NCBI GenBank assembly: GCA_041738755.1
Contig: JBGSPE010000005.1
Span: 79,872 to 143,871 of the forward strand
DNA length: 64,000 nucleotides
Source of the DNA: Minisyncoccia bacterium
GTDB taxonomy: Bacteria > Patescibacteriota > Minisyncoccia > Phycocordibacterales > UBA918
Direction of reading: 5' to 3'
The position numbers were made by a program, and so were the translations under genes. The notes beneath the pieces are model-generated. The model did no database searches and was not told the DNA's origin. It worked only from the letters and a program-made list of their open reading frames with translations. Positions 36,001-41,021 of the stretch are shown here, in pieces (position 1 is the first letter of the stretch; every line of letters begins with the position of its first letter).

Positions 36001-38095
36001 CAGTGACCTTCGCTTTACTGCTGGTGACGGCATTACCCCGATTCCATATTGGATTGAACGATTTACAGCCAGTACTGACGCTACCGTTTGGGTAAAGGTT
36101 CCAACCTTACCAGCTAATGGGCAAGCGGTCGTACACATGTATTACGGTAACGCTGCCGCCACAACTACTACCAGTAATGGTGCTGCGGTATTCAATGCGT
36201 TTGAAGATTTTGAACGGACGCCGCTTTCTGGCTACACCGGGGACACGGGACTATTCCAAACCGATACAGCGCCCGTGTTTGGCGGAACCTATGCCCTTGA
36301 GGCATCCAATAAGAACGGTAAGACAACCGATGGTATTTTCCGCTTTGACCGAACTGTTGCTCAAGGAGAGATTATTCGCTACATGCAGTACGTTGATATT
36401 GTTGCGGGTAGTGGTGATGAGGCGTGTACCTTGTTTGGTGTACAGTCACCCGGAACGACAAATGAAAACTACGCAGTGTGTCTTGAACAGTTTGGTACTG
36501 ACCGAATTGCACTCTCCAAAGATGTCGAAAATAATGACACCTCAGGAACCGTATTGGCTTCTAAAAACGTTACCTACAGTACTGGTTGGTACGAGGTTGA
36601 AATTGACTGGCTCACAAACGACACTATTAACGTGGCGCTCTATAACCCAGCGGGAGTTTTGACTGCAACCACTTCAGCTACTGATGCGTCATACACCTCA
36701 GGAGGAATCGGCTTTGCGTTCTGGTTCAATTACGGTGCTTGGGATAGTTACACCTCACGTGTGCGTACTGGACTTCCACCTGAAGTATTCATTGGTGCGC
36801 CACAAGGCAGAGGCGGTGCAACCTGGCGTTCAGCCCTTAATACTCCAGCTGGTGGCGTACCAGGTGAGACGTTGCGTCTGCGTATGGCGATTGAAAATTC
36901 AGGTCTTGAAGTGACGCAATCGTATCAACTTGAATATGCTCCGAAGGGCGCAGCTCCAAGTTGTGAAGCTGTCCTTCCGAGTGCCTACGAACCAGTTCCA
37001 AATCAAGCAAGTTGTGGAAGCTCTCCGGTCTGTATGCAGTCGAGTACACAGTTTGCAAGTGGCGACGCGACGACCGACTTACTCTTAGGAACCAACGGTG
37101 ACTTTGTGTCTGGTGAACTAATAGAAAGTCCAAATTCAATCACCAGCGCTTTGGTTGTTGATCAGTTCTTCTTTACTGAACTTGAGTATGCTGTAACGCC
37201 AACTATTAACGCCGCAGATGCCTATTGTTTCCGAGCTACCAACAACGGTACGCCACTTGACTTCTATAGCCGTATTCCAGAACTCGGCCTGCAGTTTGAT
37301 CCATTTGTTAATCCTGTCGACTTTAATAACGGAATGGATATCAATAATCTTACCCCTGGTACCACGACGAGAATTTACGCCTCGAGTACGGTGACAGACT
37401 TCAACGGCTTTACTGATTTGGTATCTGCTACCGCTACGGTATTTCGAACTGGAGTGGGAGCGATTTGTACACCTGATAATAATAATTGTTACGTTGAAAC
37501 TACTGATACCAGTTGTAGTTTTACTCAGTGTTCAGATAATAGCTGTGAGTTAGTCTGTGCCATTGATATCTTCTTCCACGCTGATCCAACTGATACCGGA
37601 ACATACCTAGGCGAAGAGTGGTTTGCCTTCTTGGAAGTAAGAGATGCTGCCGGTACGTTGGGCTTTAATGATAGTCAAAACGGGCTCCAGTTATTATCGG
37701 TTCGAGCAATTGATGTTGTTGGTTCAATTGATTACGGAGCCTTGGCAGTAAATGAAGATACCGGTGCCTTTAACCCATCAACCTCAATCATTAACCTCGG
37801 TAATGTACCTGTTAATATCGATGTACAAGGAACTGACTTAACTGATGGAGCGAGTTCGTTTATCCCGGCTGAACAACAGAAATTTGCGACCTCGACATTT
37901 AACTATTCACTCTGTGGTTCAAGTTGTGGCGTTGTTTCGGCTGATACACCAGTACCAATTGATGTTGACTTGATAAAGCCAACTGCTGTAACACCACCAA
38001 TCAGCGATGAGGTGTATTGGGGAATTGCCATTCCGGTCGGGACCAATAGTGTGGCTCACCAAGGAATTAACGTCTTTACCCCAATCAGTCCGTAG
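15005..38095 (+). CDS. Giant (7696 aa) multidomain surface adhesin. 3x C1q/BclA-like, 3x FN3-like, 2x WDG-repeat propeller-like regions, 3x DUF2341 (+LamG-like), Gly-rich domain, beta-helix repeats, C-terminal WxL/pilin-like domain (subtype B)
   Basis: Uninterrupted 23-kb ORF with N-terminal hydrophobic anchor; YYWRVRA.D FN3 motifs; W.N..W..R..ITI...DIR.T DUF2341; G.IDE.R LamG; W.VPAGVT...AWGAGGGG; C-terminal YWGIAIP...G.N.FT. Confidence 0.9.
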   Translation: MERLKKVIQSLGTKGVIGLVLFGCFVVYAATVDRTVYVSERMLLLPGSATSAGFENPERSLIQDLGDYTLFQDFNANNSAALSEEIIFPPAPEPSNQNTDPGPTTGGTQGDGQGEPAGQTEEGGSVTPEVLPESDVEEQPEPQPDSEPTAESSPAPINETEVSEPVSSLFNNPIRNQVTGQFPYAQEATQEPVVEEPVSEAVEDLDETALGSERVETDTAVSEESVSEIDEEIVNPELESVTETPESISPSDILPEPEVTTAPDVVVSEELLEEALVESVSPQIECSSQVNCTTHSITYTDFNIPEFERGTVLNGVQLRLSLAAQTKSPEQDQIQRFVIEYSFDGEVTWSTASVIDIDEEISNSINGGFFLANLPNPPVANSLAGLAVRVSYQGDITELNEAFVEAVWLELNSGRFYEEGDPFFNTDTIDYERNLESPKFHSLHTEGLDMSLNELPSFTMDYDPQQNFLRRIFTGLFSDNTYEVGSIELVDSAGVRVEVPFEVVYHDDTTWTVEMMRQPQKMQPGKYELRLTINENDAEFVDVFEFYWGVLAVNTTKSMYAPNEAVALNLAALTDKGDTICDAELALKIIDPANEIYEVPVQQSGSCGPNNVTDISDYIADFRNTGEVGVYQILLEHKNQAGEVVHKIADSFEVRDYIPFDITRTAPTRIYPPAPYTVTLAIKANRAFTGDIVERVPRGFVFADTSGAEVTTLEEATLLTWKDVVLEEGDELTLSYVFDAPDISPYMYLLGPLDMDGFTELRQWQIASDAISAVAVLSATQTELGTNLNDATAGALIWSTSTLDAFYFSHSTGTTPERLFVEVDGDYLVSVALPLERTDTTDTRTRVGFEVRVNGAVIPQAISRSGYMKNQISNGNRQGESSSNGSFLLTGLSEGDYIEVYAQGLTTSFNNVIVSGQASLYVEHITPATGVFAATATSTTNSANLNQATAFPLRWTETRQDTGFVHSDTINPENIIISEPGTYLVYANVPLFSTVTQHRNVLGRVTLGGVQVPNGIFSQGYHNVSNSNDFNASIHFSGIVVATTTDQVLTITTEQESSAGTTVIPTGFEGSIYIQKLPTDDVIALRGQDPIGGTNWNVSPAQAIGWNTQDQYDSTTFTHSTGVNNDQIIINEAGDYVLVYNDALFTTTGNAANVITVTKNGVAVAGAQTKTHHISAGTGHNDSSGSLTFTLEGLVPTDVIRVTTIQEGANATINDRADASLLIWKKRELNFRPGEPTMFDTPFDNIRFASTTPYFDFAATDPDGTSNVVYEFTISTTSDFSTSVTRISDTDAGFVNTASSTDASPFTEGERIRFQLQPGDALQNNTTYYWRVRAKDVTGSAEFGDWSTTQSLTVDVTVEVPNWHQTTDAQLLSNQLTGVASAEGDGAVVDIVENTEAILVYGEKTDTLLKYRFWDGLAWTAETNGPDLGGQIFWAETSAGNIRDEYVGIFLTADGDTNALVYSASSSTWGSQTEFETAVNTPARRGIAVAHESVSGRAIAVSCSTGTNPNYTIWDGSSWSTPASISVGTASNCNWLKLVADPESDEMILVVKGAANNYEAVVWDGTAWGNNKTLGRAVGTNLNTDGMSAVYEASGDQALVVSSDASDAEFVYSAWNGVEWLINVNVPVTGDFENGRLVRDVGTDRIGLCMVDDQSDINAFIWDGTAWGTETQLEPLTESVQSRPFDCLFETVPGRDGNFIVAYSDSATDEYQFFDTTWSGPLDMSNMEEFWYLETVRTGDGTLLAVGMENVGIDPLRASEFNGTSWSPSTLIEADPAETNADPRSESFSLSAKRFSFAQGELLTQPIDFSFVPGQPSWGDMFFNTTEPIGTSVSVRVKYSNVGVCDAYIPNGTLPGNDVGFTVEDGPIDLSGLSTTTYNQICLEATINRSGDVSAVLNDWTLTWVREPKLIQNQYRWYVNGSFLSPVDPWPFGVNDLAENTPLGAAEAINIEQSIRLRMSLQGLNIDLPAATETFKLQYAEGLTCSPTLNWQDVGGIGSTTAVWRGFENSVVGSDWYNAAWARRVEITIPDAQVSEDLTDFPVYVDMADLPVGFFIAAKSDGSDIRITEADGITELPYDLVSYNSGTQTGELHFKADLASTTDNEFYIYYGNSGASAYAPSATYGSQNVWNNNFNLRYAMDDSPVSASPQFKDSTANGNDAITRAGSGMTSGDVVAGKIGQAINHDGNDGAFFENVLTYTGTYTISMWWRTQNIADGNGFAVASADGGANEKIGPWNTPSNGRSFIRVLPGGASDTTINHPADGTWTHVVITRDASNKVDIHFNGTANRLYGDVAQSGNSNWHNFGGDPTQGFEGDIDELRFSPVRRTNGWIATEYANQLSPIGFYDVSAEELISDGRNLPSTLLSLSDYAETYEEQNPTRENQNLIVVGNDAEWDFVLQNNLGLPNTNYCFRMVYDDGALLSTYDRYPRLITNAPPLEPDLFAPFDNEQLASTSPWFEFAVADQLDDDVSYEIVVDNNPDFSSPEITRESTADFSQFENLSAPAERGIYTPGQIIRFIPSVALANNTTYYWRVRARDDNGSGAYGPWSDGDSFTVNTATIITTWFQTTQAQFDTNDLQNTVATVSDDVRIAPTLTSGTTTGTAIRFADVDTGNAWGELLFAQDEPSGDIKYSIEYLISGNEWALIPDTDLAGNSTGFDSSGVSLANLSPITYHTIRIRASFSGTDSQPRLQSWSITWGKRIETPTVQSPFDNAKVNTTVPRLLFSTTDPQADNLEYEVQVSQSSDFGVAVTYLSAVDSGFTNQVTPADLTPFTSGEQIEYEFQTSLTDGVTYWYRVRARDPLPGENAYSDWSNARSFTVDTTATVSTWHQTTGDQFATGQTENAEFLTTEVGVTSVIRGAMVAYGESTSLNPRYRLWDGEAWSDPQTAESIDALVEWAEVKAGVTRNEYALGTLGNDGDVNVQIFNVNSGTWGNQVELSTTIANTGYRSMDITYETISGELMAVSCEGDDAVYRLWDGSNWTASTTISLTKAAACEYIELSSDPTSNEIIAVFRHLNTGSPDYEVLVWNGSSWGNSITLGDYSEAENEGIAIEYEASGDQAVVVITNGNNPSFFYNTWNGSAWSGTLTQALQNDFESGVLKKNPLSDEMALCYIDDESDLGTVFWDGAAWDTFLEHEQTANSKDGGRPVSCEFETTPGREGYLMIPYSDTVATNYTVYATSSYSGELPIGTITDTWTTQTVRTADGLILGVFLQDEGLAPADRYEFAYWNGTDWLGQETLSTVPSVTGTPFHDSIGVAAQIFPSVTNASILSTAINFEDGGSPRFEDISFSDATPGASSIEYRVYYESTPGVFSLISDSALPGNSVGFSAGTVDISTLDTDIYSVLKLEATLLCDSGDCPTLEEWTIRWSEGVSVSGLAFAYDQTTPLTEGTVAIAVNGVLQVGKTAEISASTGVQEVAFTSAGSSTWAVPAGVTDLTVKAWGAGGGGGGGGIADSGAAGGGGGFVTGTVPVTPLENLTVFVGGGGQAGLSGSPAGAAGGGGFSGVFRTSTPLTVAGGGGGGGAGSGGISYAGVGTACTVSGASCTPTIPGGTAEHDVLVAVVHSRTDTAHTCTTNCAGWTEFSSQAGGNGRLSVWYLRRGAGAPANPTFAGPATESYTARIWSFRGVARSGNPFDVISANTTQAATNPFVGASLTSTLDNVMSVFVGGTLDDNTWGPAGGTCTVPTGVDANFYAANLNGSDNSIFLCYNNHPTNTAGPLGVPTMTQVANATDVGRWFTFALRPDYTAQQAAGLGGPGGGLIGITASSSGAAAGGSGGTQSGGGTGSGGASSGSSLVGGSGGSGTSGGVGGVGGINGGGAGGSGAGATAQAGGGGAGAGYFGGGGGASANSNAVSGAGGGGGSSYVVTGASATSTQSGNGVTPGGAADPRYLLGSAIGGAGGATSSDGVAGTNGRVVVSWIGSTTPGVWSIPNINVEAGDVITVFVTGADGAREAVAVTQYNGAGDVTGMQLSERTLTLGSADNPILSNPEIGLYEFDDNEDVFFGVNAGNELQLCEDTTCLDARLRILSGTTYEPQTNGRVVNFENTGTFSPGTTTLRVSGSWKQNGIFTTAASTVIFTATTSSYTLENATSSFSFFNVTFGETSSVATWNITKPLQALGTFAIDRGTLNRGTSTITVGNNLRVGNGGVVVGIGTTTFTGGGSYVWTDLNASSTNIGNVLIDGTAKTITLGSAVLAQSITIGADDTLNASGSNFPITVLGSWVNNNSFIPQGGTVIFAGTSTTAINRGTSAFNNLSFTGVGGSWSFTTPTLALNGTLTIATGTVTLPTGTTTIGRSFTNSGGTFLHNNGEVRMTSTVAGQTITQRADSFFNAFYDLTFSGSGAWAFSETAATTTRNMSIQSGTVTFPSGTLTVGEDFLTTGTGAFAHNNGEVIFLVQGPDTASVNNSSFNNVRVRNGVASATWYNDAWLYRVPVTINESQIDGDLTNFPVYVNLDDFGTHFFTNVKANGGDIRVTQGDGVTEVPRELVSINPGTGVGELHFRANSVSSSTNSTYYIYYGNAAANDYAVTDPFGARNVWSNGYALVTHLNDLTTSTILNSAGTINGTKTSANNPLFVTTSFIYGGQDFSADAIQFNGDIIASESQYSVSLWFNPDNLGGGNAEEQSFGESLYAVSVAAPYQWLTTGGTGFPGELRLCAFENTATDCTPTSGASLVSGNWYYASVNAIGGGNTTVRINGVERLSYTNQNKGVVSDNFTIGDLRAGRNINYDGRIDEVRVANVTRTNAWQDAEYRNHATTTNFYTAGAVQTSGARTFTTVNTNILGNLILEDGGDSVFPTGVLAVGGSFDNNASFDANGGTVRFNSTAGAETIAAGSSPFATLEFNNAAGTFTVTEHATATVAINLVNATSFTLQSGQSLTTLGTFTNAIVNANTTWTGATVVFGGNNDITTSAKTYTGDSYGTIRTLGTTTARFWNSTSTVYDTVASSSIYSQDHAGVDGDLFIFGDYRRSAGSEYWSHATDFDGANIGGTPRQVDVRFESGSTFVLTNASLFMQGATSASTTVAAQSGDYTITAANATINASLFEVAQTNSSGFSLTSSTTLAQFTNGYFNVTPGRSGITIDATTVNQNPGGQYFGINFATTTAGAATNVTLTGTPASFVWFRNGSGNLYGEAFDAGDGNPGSIRFDDSSFNITISGTIYSDDGVTPMGAAICDNVTPVVAVAVDGAVVQTGTCNSANGTYSIPNINYIGDADIAVYLDTNRPGTSTIALRSQTSGVGTTNGTTGQFSVNKPASVTNGDYLVVIIGKDDTPGITPPAGWTGYTQAGTTGNVRHTGIWYKRVTDATSEPASYTFTGDVNEVFSYYSAALIGVSPSNPEDVSFAGRWQQVQNSVAPSAPSLTTQTTNSYVFSAWYVDNDNAVTMPGAPWTTRTANIVSGENNNLSISSQVVAAPGATGGVAITGVGGTAETNMAQFAFRRDVATTSSVRAVTVTKTPSANITNFDLYQSRVIVRHEDVSPMTIADMTKYQFSNDSDVQFVASSSQLTVLPNNELFVWNNKTFAPGGDVTLTGNGNSNGFEGTLQIGSGAAFVAAGSQTHTLAGRFVMRNTGSFTAASSTVIFNASTTGKSITASTTVAFNELQFNGTGGGWNITAPLTVAQNINLAAGTVTGTSNITIQNGSFFGNGVLSLGTGTTTINQTNTLGGTTPWTFANLVLGNGSSIGTTTPASTATTTILGRLTISPAHFLNAQNSSFDLAGTGVVLQESGTLLEGTGTIRYSGNGATVANTTYYNLLLEAGAGTPTYVAAGPGILVLNNLTVGGVANSTFNLSTNNASLDVNGNVTIASNGTLIASASAPLTAGGSWQNNGTFTASNGTVTFDTATSATVNPGNSSFANLNLAALGAIAITNNATATANITIASTTSFTQNSGTTLAIGNRLINQTDGSNTTWTGSTLSLYGGGQYEVNTKTGVDNYDGTLVVSGTAQPRFWNSNFGTVQNSGGGSIYSMNHAGNSGELYIYGNYNNTTYADHWSYATDFDGTVLGSPRPASVFVAGGSSVTYSSSSISVQGTSTATTTIQNQGSGTYELSLEGNTTATLRYVAPRNLAASGIEFSGTPTIVDIANADFFIQTNSASALTVAGSVINANPAKNLNINRFEAAGGVTGAINVTVTGSSVSSWRFTNEYGNRAGELYDADAGDPGEIVWTDSAALITISGSVFSDEGSSVSSVCDGSTPNIRIVVAGVTSASTTCNGSGNYSFTSVGFNANDSIIVYINGEAEKAATVTYEPISNITNMDLYENRVIVRHEGATPIAIEELAVYDSSDDGDIPFTADTVGSPDTLVLPANRKLLVWNNKQFTPNGNVTITGGGGSADYDGTLEARAGGQFIAQNSETHTIGGSLIFGSGAVFTGAQSSVVMTTDDASRVIDVNGGSFHNLSVTGPGSLAVTDTTLTVNNNFTQTNGSLSFPTGTTTIGSSFIASGGDFDINGSPLVFTSTVTGRTVTFGDSDVANVTFAGVGGAWNITDVNATATESVVINAGAVTLPSGTLTIGGDFNNASGTIAHNTSELVFTSPNPQILRARGSDLHSVRQAGVGALTMTDTNATLLGSLIISAGSVNLATGTLAVGGSLISVGGTFESATGTVLFNGVTSGLTINPGQSDFYNVQIGAPSGGYTLSSATTTNNFTLASVNNFTLSPTNVLRVEGVFTNTAVGANTTWTGSTLVLGSGTSYSVNTRISTGDFYENLILANNTDVRFWYSQATTTTVASSASLYSQDHANVNGALNVYGDFVISTTTEYWSYATDFDGTPLGGSPRKVTVRIAGNATTTMQSGGLQIVGGSGNTTDINNQGSGQYNFVVTGGTFNANQYSFANLSLQGLQFTGLPTITDLSNGYYEIAADTGSLITLSSTTLNANASKVFNNVGFNAVGPLTGFNVNLVGVTDNAWRFTNAYGNIGNEGFDVDGLDACGSIRFDDSACLLTEQTNYRWRNDDGGAGVPDSEWFNTDWDLRKRVRITNPVNQTYSSTSVKIAVAYESDMLSNFSDLRFTAGDGITPIPYWIERFTASTDATVWVKVPTLPANGQAVVHMYYGNAAATTTTSNGAAVFNAFEDFERTPLSGYTGDTGLFQTDTAPVFGGTYALEASNKNGKTTDGIFRFDRTVAQGEIIRYMQYVDIVAGSGDEACTLFGVQSPGTTNENYAVCLEQFGTDRIALSKDVENNDTSGTVLASKNVTYSTGWYEVEIDWLTNDTINVALYNPAGVLTATTSATDASYTSGGIGFAFWFNYGAWDSYTSRVRTGLPPEVFIGAPQGRGGATWRSALNTPAGGVPGETLRLRMAIENSGLEVTQSYQLEYAPKGAAPSCEAVLPSAYEPVPNQASCGSSPVCMQSSTQFASGDATTDLLLGTNGDFVSGELIESPNSITSALVVDQFFFTELEYAVTPTINAADAYCFRATNNGTPLDFYSRIPELGLQFDPFVNPVDFNNGMDINNLTPGTTTRIYASSTVTDFNGFTDLVSATATVFRTGVGAICTPDNNNCYVETTDTSCSFTQCSDNSCELVCAIDIFFHADPTDTGTYLGEEWFAFLEVRDAAGTLGFNDSQNGLQLLSVRAIDVVGSIDYGALAVNEDTGAFNPSTSIINLGNVPVNIDVQGTDLTDGASSFIPAEQQKFATSTFNYSLCGSSCGVVSADTPVPIDVDLIKPTAVTPPISDEVYWGIAIPVGTNSVAHQGINVFTPISP

Positions 38096-38104
38096 AGTAG
38101 TGGT

Positions 38105-39631
38105 ATGATACAACTATCTATGAAAGCAGTAGCCGCCTTTGTTCTTGGAGTTTCGCTCGCCGTTGGTGGTTCGGTGTGGGCTCAATCTTCAGATCGGGAA
38201 GCGCCAGAGATTAGTAATGTACAAATTTCAGAGGTTAATGAAACTGAAGTGACCATTACCTGGGAGACTGATGAAGAGGCAGATTCACTTATCAACTACG
38301 GACTACAACCTGATTACGGTATTTTGCGTGTGCCAGTGGCCGACCGAACCAGCCACACCATGAAAATTGAAAATCTCGAACCAGGCCGAGTATATTATTT
38401 TAGAGTTGGTTCAAGTGACCTCAATGGTAACCAAGGTATTTCGGCCGACTATCGAGTTCAGACTTCAGGCACACCTCAGACCGGTGATGGGCAGGGGACT
38501 GGTGAGTCTGACGGTGAAGGTGCCGGTGAGGGGGCCGATGAACTCCAAGGTGAAGGTAATCTTGGTCAATCACCAACCACCAATCGAATTATTGAACAGA
38601 TTAATCAGATAACAAGCCCGGAAGAACTGCAAGAGATTTTAAATGAGACCGTAAAAGCGATTGAAGGTATCACCGAAGACCTCACCATTATCGGACCTCC
38701 GACCGTAATTCCTGAAACTACTACGGCGGAAATTCGGTGGGTGACTGACCGTGAAGCTACGTCTGAAGTATTTTTCTCCCCGACAGATAGTTTTGACGGA
38801 ACAACATATCAATTCAATCAGGTTTCAACTGCCGGCAATACCACCGAACACGAAATCCAGTTAATTGGTCTTAATGCCTTTACGGACTACAGTTTCAAAG
38901 TTCAGTCGACTGATACGTTTGGAATTACTGGAGAAAGTCGTAATTTTACCTTTAAAACAAAAGCCTCAGCCCCTGATATTCGAAATCTGCGGGTGGTAAA
39001 GGTGGAAGAGAACGCTGCTACGTTGGCTTGGGAAACCTCAGTACCAGCTAAGGCGCTGGTGGAATACCAAGATCAAACCACCGGTGCTCAAAGTTCAGTG
39101 GGGCGTCCAACACTTGCCACTACGCACCAAATGCGCCTGGCTGACCTTACGCTTGGAACACGCTATGTAGCGTTTGTGACTTCTGAGAACTCTGGTGGTG
39201 ACCGGGTACGGAGTCAGCCAATTCAATTTATTACCGTCCGAGACATTGCTCCGCCTATCATCACAAATGTTACTAATGAATCAACCCTGTTCCCGGGGAG
39301 CGAATCACGAATACAAACCATTATCGAATGGGATACCGACGAACCGGCCAGTTGTCTCATGACCTATCAAGAGGGAGTGGCGGGAGGAACTGAGCCATTT
39401 ACGATTGAAAAGGAGCAAGTCCAGTACAATACGAATCATGTAGAGGTAGTCGTAGATTTTGCACCAGCAACGGTCTACCAATTTTTCTTGAATTGTGAAG
39501 ACGAAGCGGGAAATGAAATCCAATCAGAAAACTTTGTACTCTTCACTCCAATTCAAGAAAAAAATATCATTGACTTGATTATTGAAAACTTTGAAAGTAC
39601 CTTCGGTTGGGTTAAGAACATTGGTGTGTAG
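38105..39631 (+). CDS. Secreted multi-FN3-domain protein with C-terminal amphipathic helix (start may be 38120)
   Basis: Four I.W.TD/TS..A.S...Y...H...L..L.P...Y modules; ends IIDLIIENFESTFGWVK. Confidence 0.85.
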   Translation: MIQLSMKAVAAFVLGVSLAVGGSVWAQSSDREAPEISNVQISEVNETEVTITWETDEEADSLINYGLQPDYGILRVPVADRTSHTMKIENLEPGRVYYFRVGSSDLNGNQGISADYRVQTSGTPQTGDGQGTGESDGEGAGEGADELQGEGNLGQSPTTNRIIEQINQITSPEELQEILNETVKAIEGITEDLTIIGPPTVIPETTTAEIRWVTDREATSEVFFSPTDSFDGTTYQFNQVSTAGNTTEHEIQLIGLNAFTDYSFKVQSTDTFGITGESRNFTFKTKASAPDIRNLRVVKVEENAATLAWETSVPAKALVEYQDQTTGAQSSVGRPTLATTHQMRLADLTLGTRYVAFVTSENSGGDRVRSQPIQFITVRDIAPPIITNVTNESTLFPGSESRIQTIIEWDTDEPASCLMTYQEGVAGGTEPFTIEKEQVQYNTNHVEVVVDFAPATVYQFFLNCEDEAGNEIQSENFVLFTPIQEKNIIDLIIENFESTFGWVKNIGV

Positions 39632-39688
39632 TCATGTATAGTGTGGAAGACTACAAAAGAGACCTTCAATTAATGTCATAATACTTTT

Positions 39689-41011
39689 ATGGCCAAACCG
39701 CTTATCGTCTGTCGGGATCTTTCGATTATTTACAACAAAGGTAAATCGAATGAGTTCCGAGCCTTGCAGGGGGTTAATACTGATATTTTTGAGGGAGAGT
39801 ATATTATTCTCTTTGGTGCGTCGGGCTCCGGGAAGTCTACGTTGATGTATTCCATCCAAGGATCACTTCCTCCTGGAGACGGAACCTTACTCATTCAAGG
39901 TGATGATATTTATTCGTACCCTCCCGCTGAGCGTGTCTATTTCCAACGGTATGTGATGGGGATTATTTTCCAATCGTTTAACTTGATTGGATCTTTGTCG
40001 GTCCTTGATAACGTAGCGTTACCGATGATTTTCTGTAACGTCGAGAAGACGGCTAGAAATAGACGAGCACAGTCACTCCTTGATCGGTTTGGAGTAGGGC
40101 ATGTCTCACACAAAATCCCTGCCATGCTTTCAGGAGGTCAGCAACAACGTGTATCAGTGGCTCGTTCGATGGTTAATGATCCAAGAATTCTTTTAGCCGA
40201 TGAGCCGACCGGTAACCTCGACTCGGTTTCAACGCAGCAGGTAATGGACAAAATTGACGAGATTAACACCTTTGATAGGCGAACCATTATCATGGTGTCG
40301 CACAATGCTGCGCACTTGAGTTACGCGCACCGGGTATATTATTTGAAAGACGGATTTATTGTACGTGAAGTTGTTAATCCGCAGCGTAAACAAATTAAGC
40401 CAGTACGAGAAGGGGAGACGATTGTAACCGAGCTTGAACAGCTCGCTCGACTCTTTCCGTATGACTCCGTAGAAACCCTGCGGGTTAAGAGTATGGTTAA
40501 TTTTTTGACGCAAGATTATACCTTCGACCAGATTATGAGACTTGAGCACGCCATGTCACTCTTCTTGCAGGGAAAGATTGATCGGGACGCAATGATAAAA
40601 AGTTTAGTACTACCACTTGAGCGCGGTGGAGTAGAGATTAATGAAACTGAAGCTCGGCGAATGGCATCAGTGGCTGAAAAGATGATTAGTCATGCCGATG
40701 ATATTCGTCGCTTCAGAGCTCGAAAAGATAATAACAATATCTTCTTTACCCAGCACAAATTGGCCGAGCGACTGCGAGACCACCTGACACATTTGTATCG
40801 AATCAAACTCTCCAAAGATCAGGACGAAAATCTCGTCGAGATGATAGCTGACCGAGTTACGGGGGTGATTGAAGAAGATGAGTTTAATATGCGTCTTATG
40901 CAAGGTATCAAAGCCGGTGGGTTAGGTTTCTCTGATAAAGAAGCGGATGAACTGACACGATATTTTGAGAAGATAATCGCTCAAGGAGTTGATGTGAGTT
41001 ACAAGAGTTAG
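39689..41011 (+). CDS. ABC transporter ATP-binding protein, LolD/MacB family, with ~200-aa C-terminal extension
   Basis: GASGSGKST Walker A, LSGGQQQRV signature, LLADEPTGNLD, SHN. Confidence 0.92.
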   Translation: MAKPLIVCRDLSIIYNKGKSNEFRALQGVNTDIFEGEYIILFGASGSGKSTLMYSIQGSLPPGDGTLLIQGDDIYSYPPAERVYFQRYVMGIIFQSFNLIGSLSVLDNVALPMIFCNVEKTARNRRAQSLLDRFGVGHVSHKIPAMLSGGQQQRVSVARSMVNDPRILLADEPTGNLDSVSTQQVMDKIDEINTFDRRTIIMVSHNAAHLSYAHRVYYLKDGFIVREVVNPQRKQIKPVREGETIVTELEQLARLFPYDSVETLRVKSMVNFLTQDYTFDQIMRLEHAMSLFLQGKIDRDAMIKSLVLPLERGGVEINETEARRMASVAEKMISHADDIRRFRARKDNNNIFFTQHKLAERLRDHLTHLYRIKLSKDQDENLVEMIADRVTGVIEEDEFNMRLMQGIKAGGLGFSDKEADELTRYFEKIIAQGVDVSYKS

Positions 41012-41021
41012 TGATTAGTAT

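Noticed and set aside
15005-38095. Autotransporter, two-partner secretion, RTX or polymorphic toxin
   Set aside because: Beta-helix repeats are present, but no beta-barrel, TPS domain, GGxGxD repeats, RHS core or toxin/immunity pair is seen
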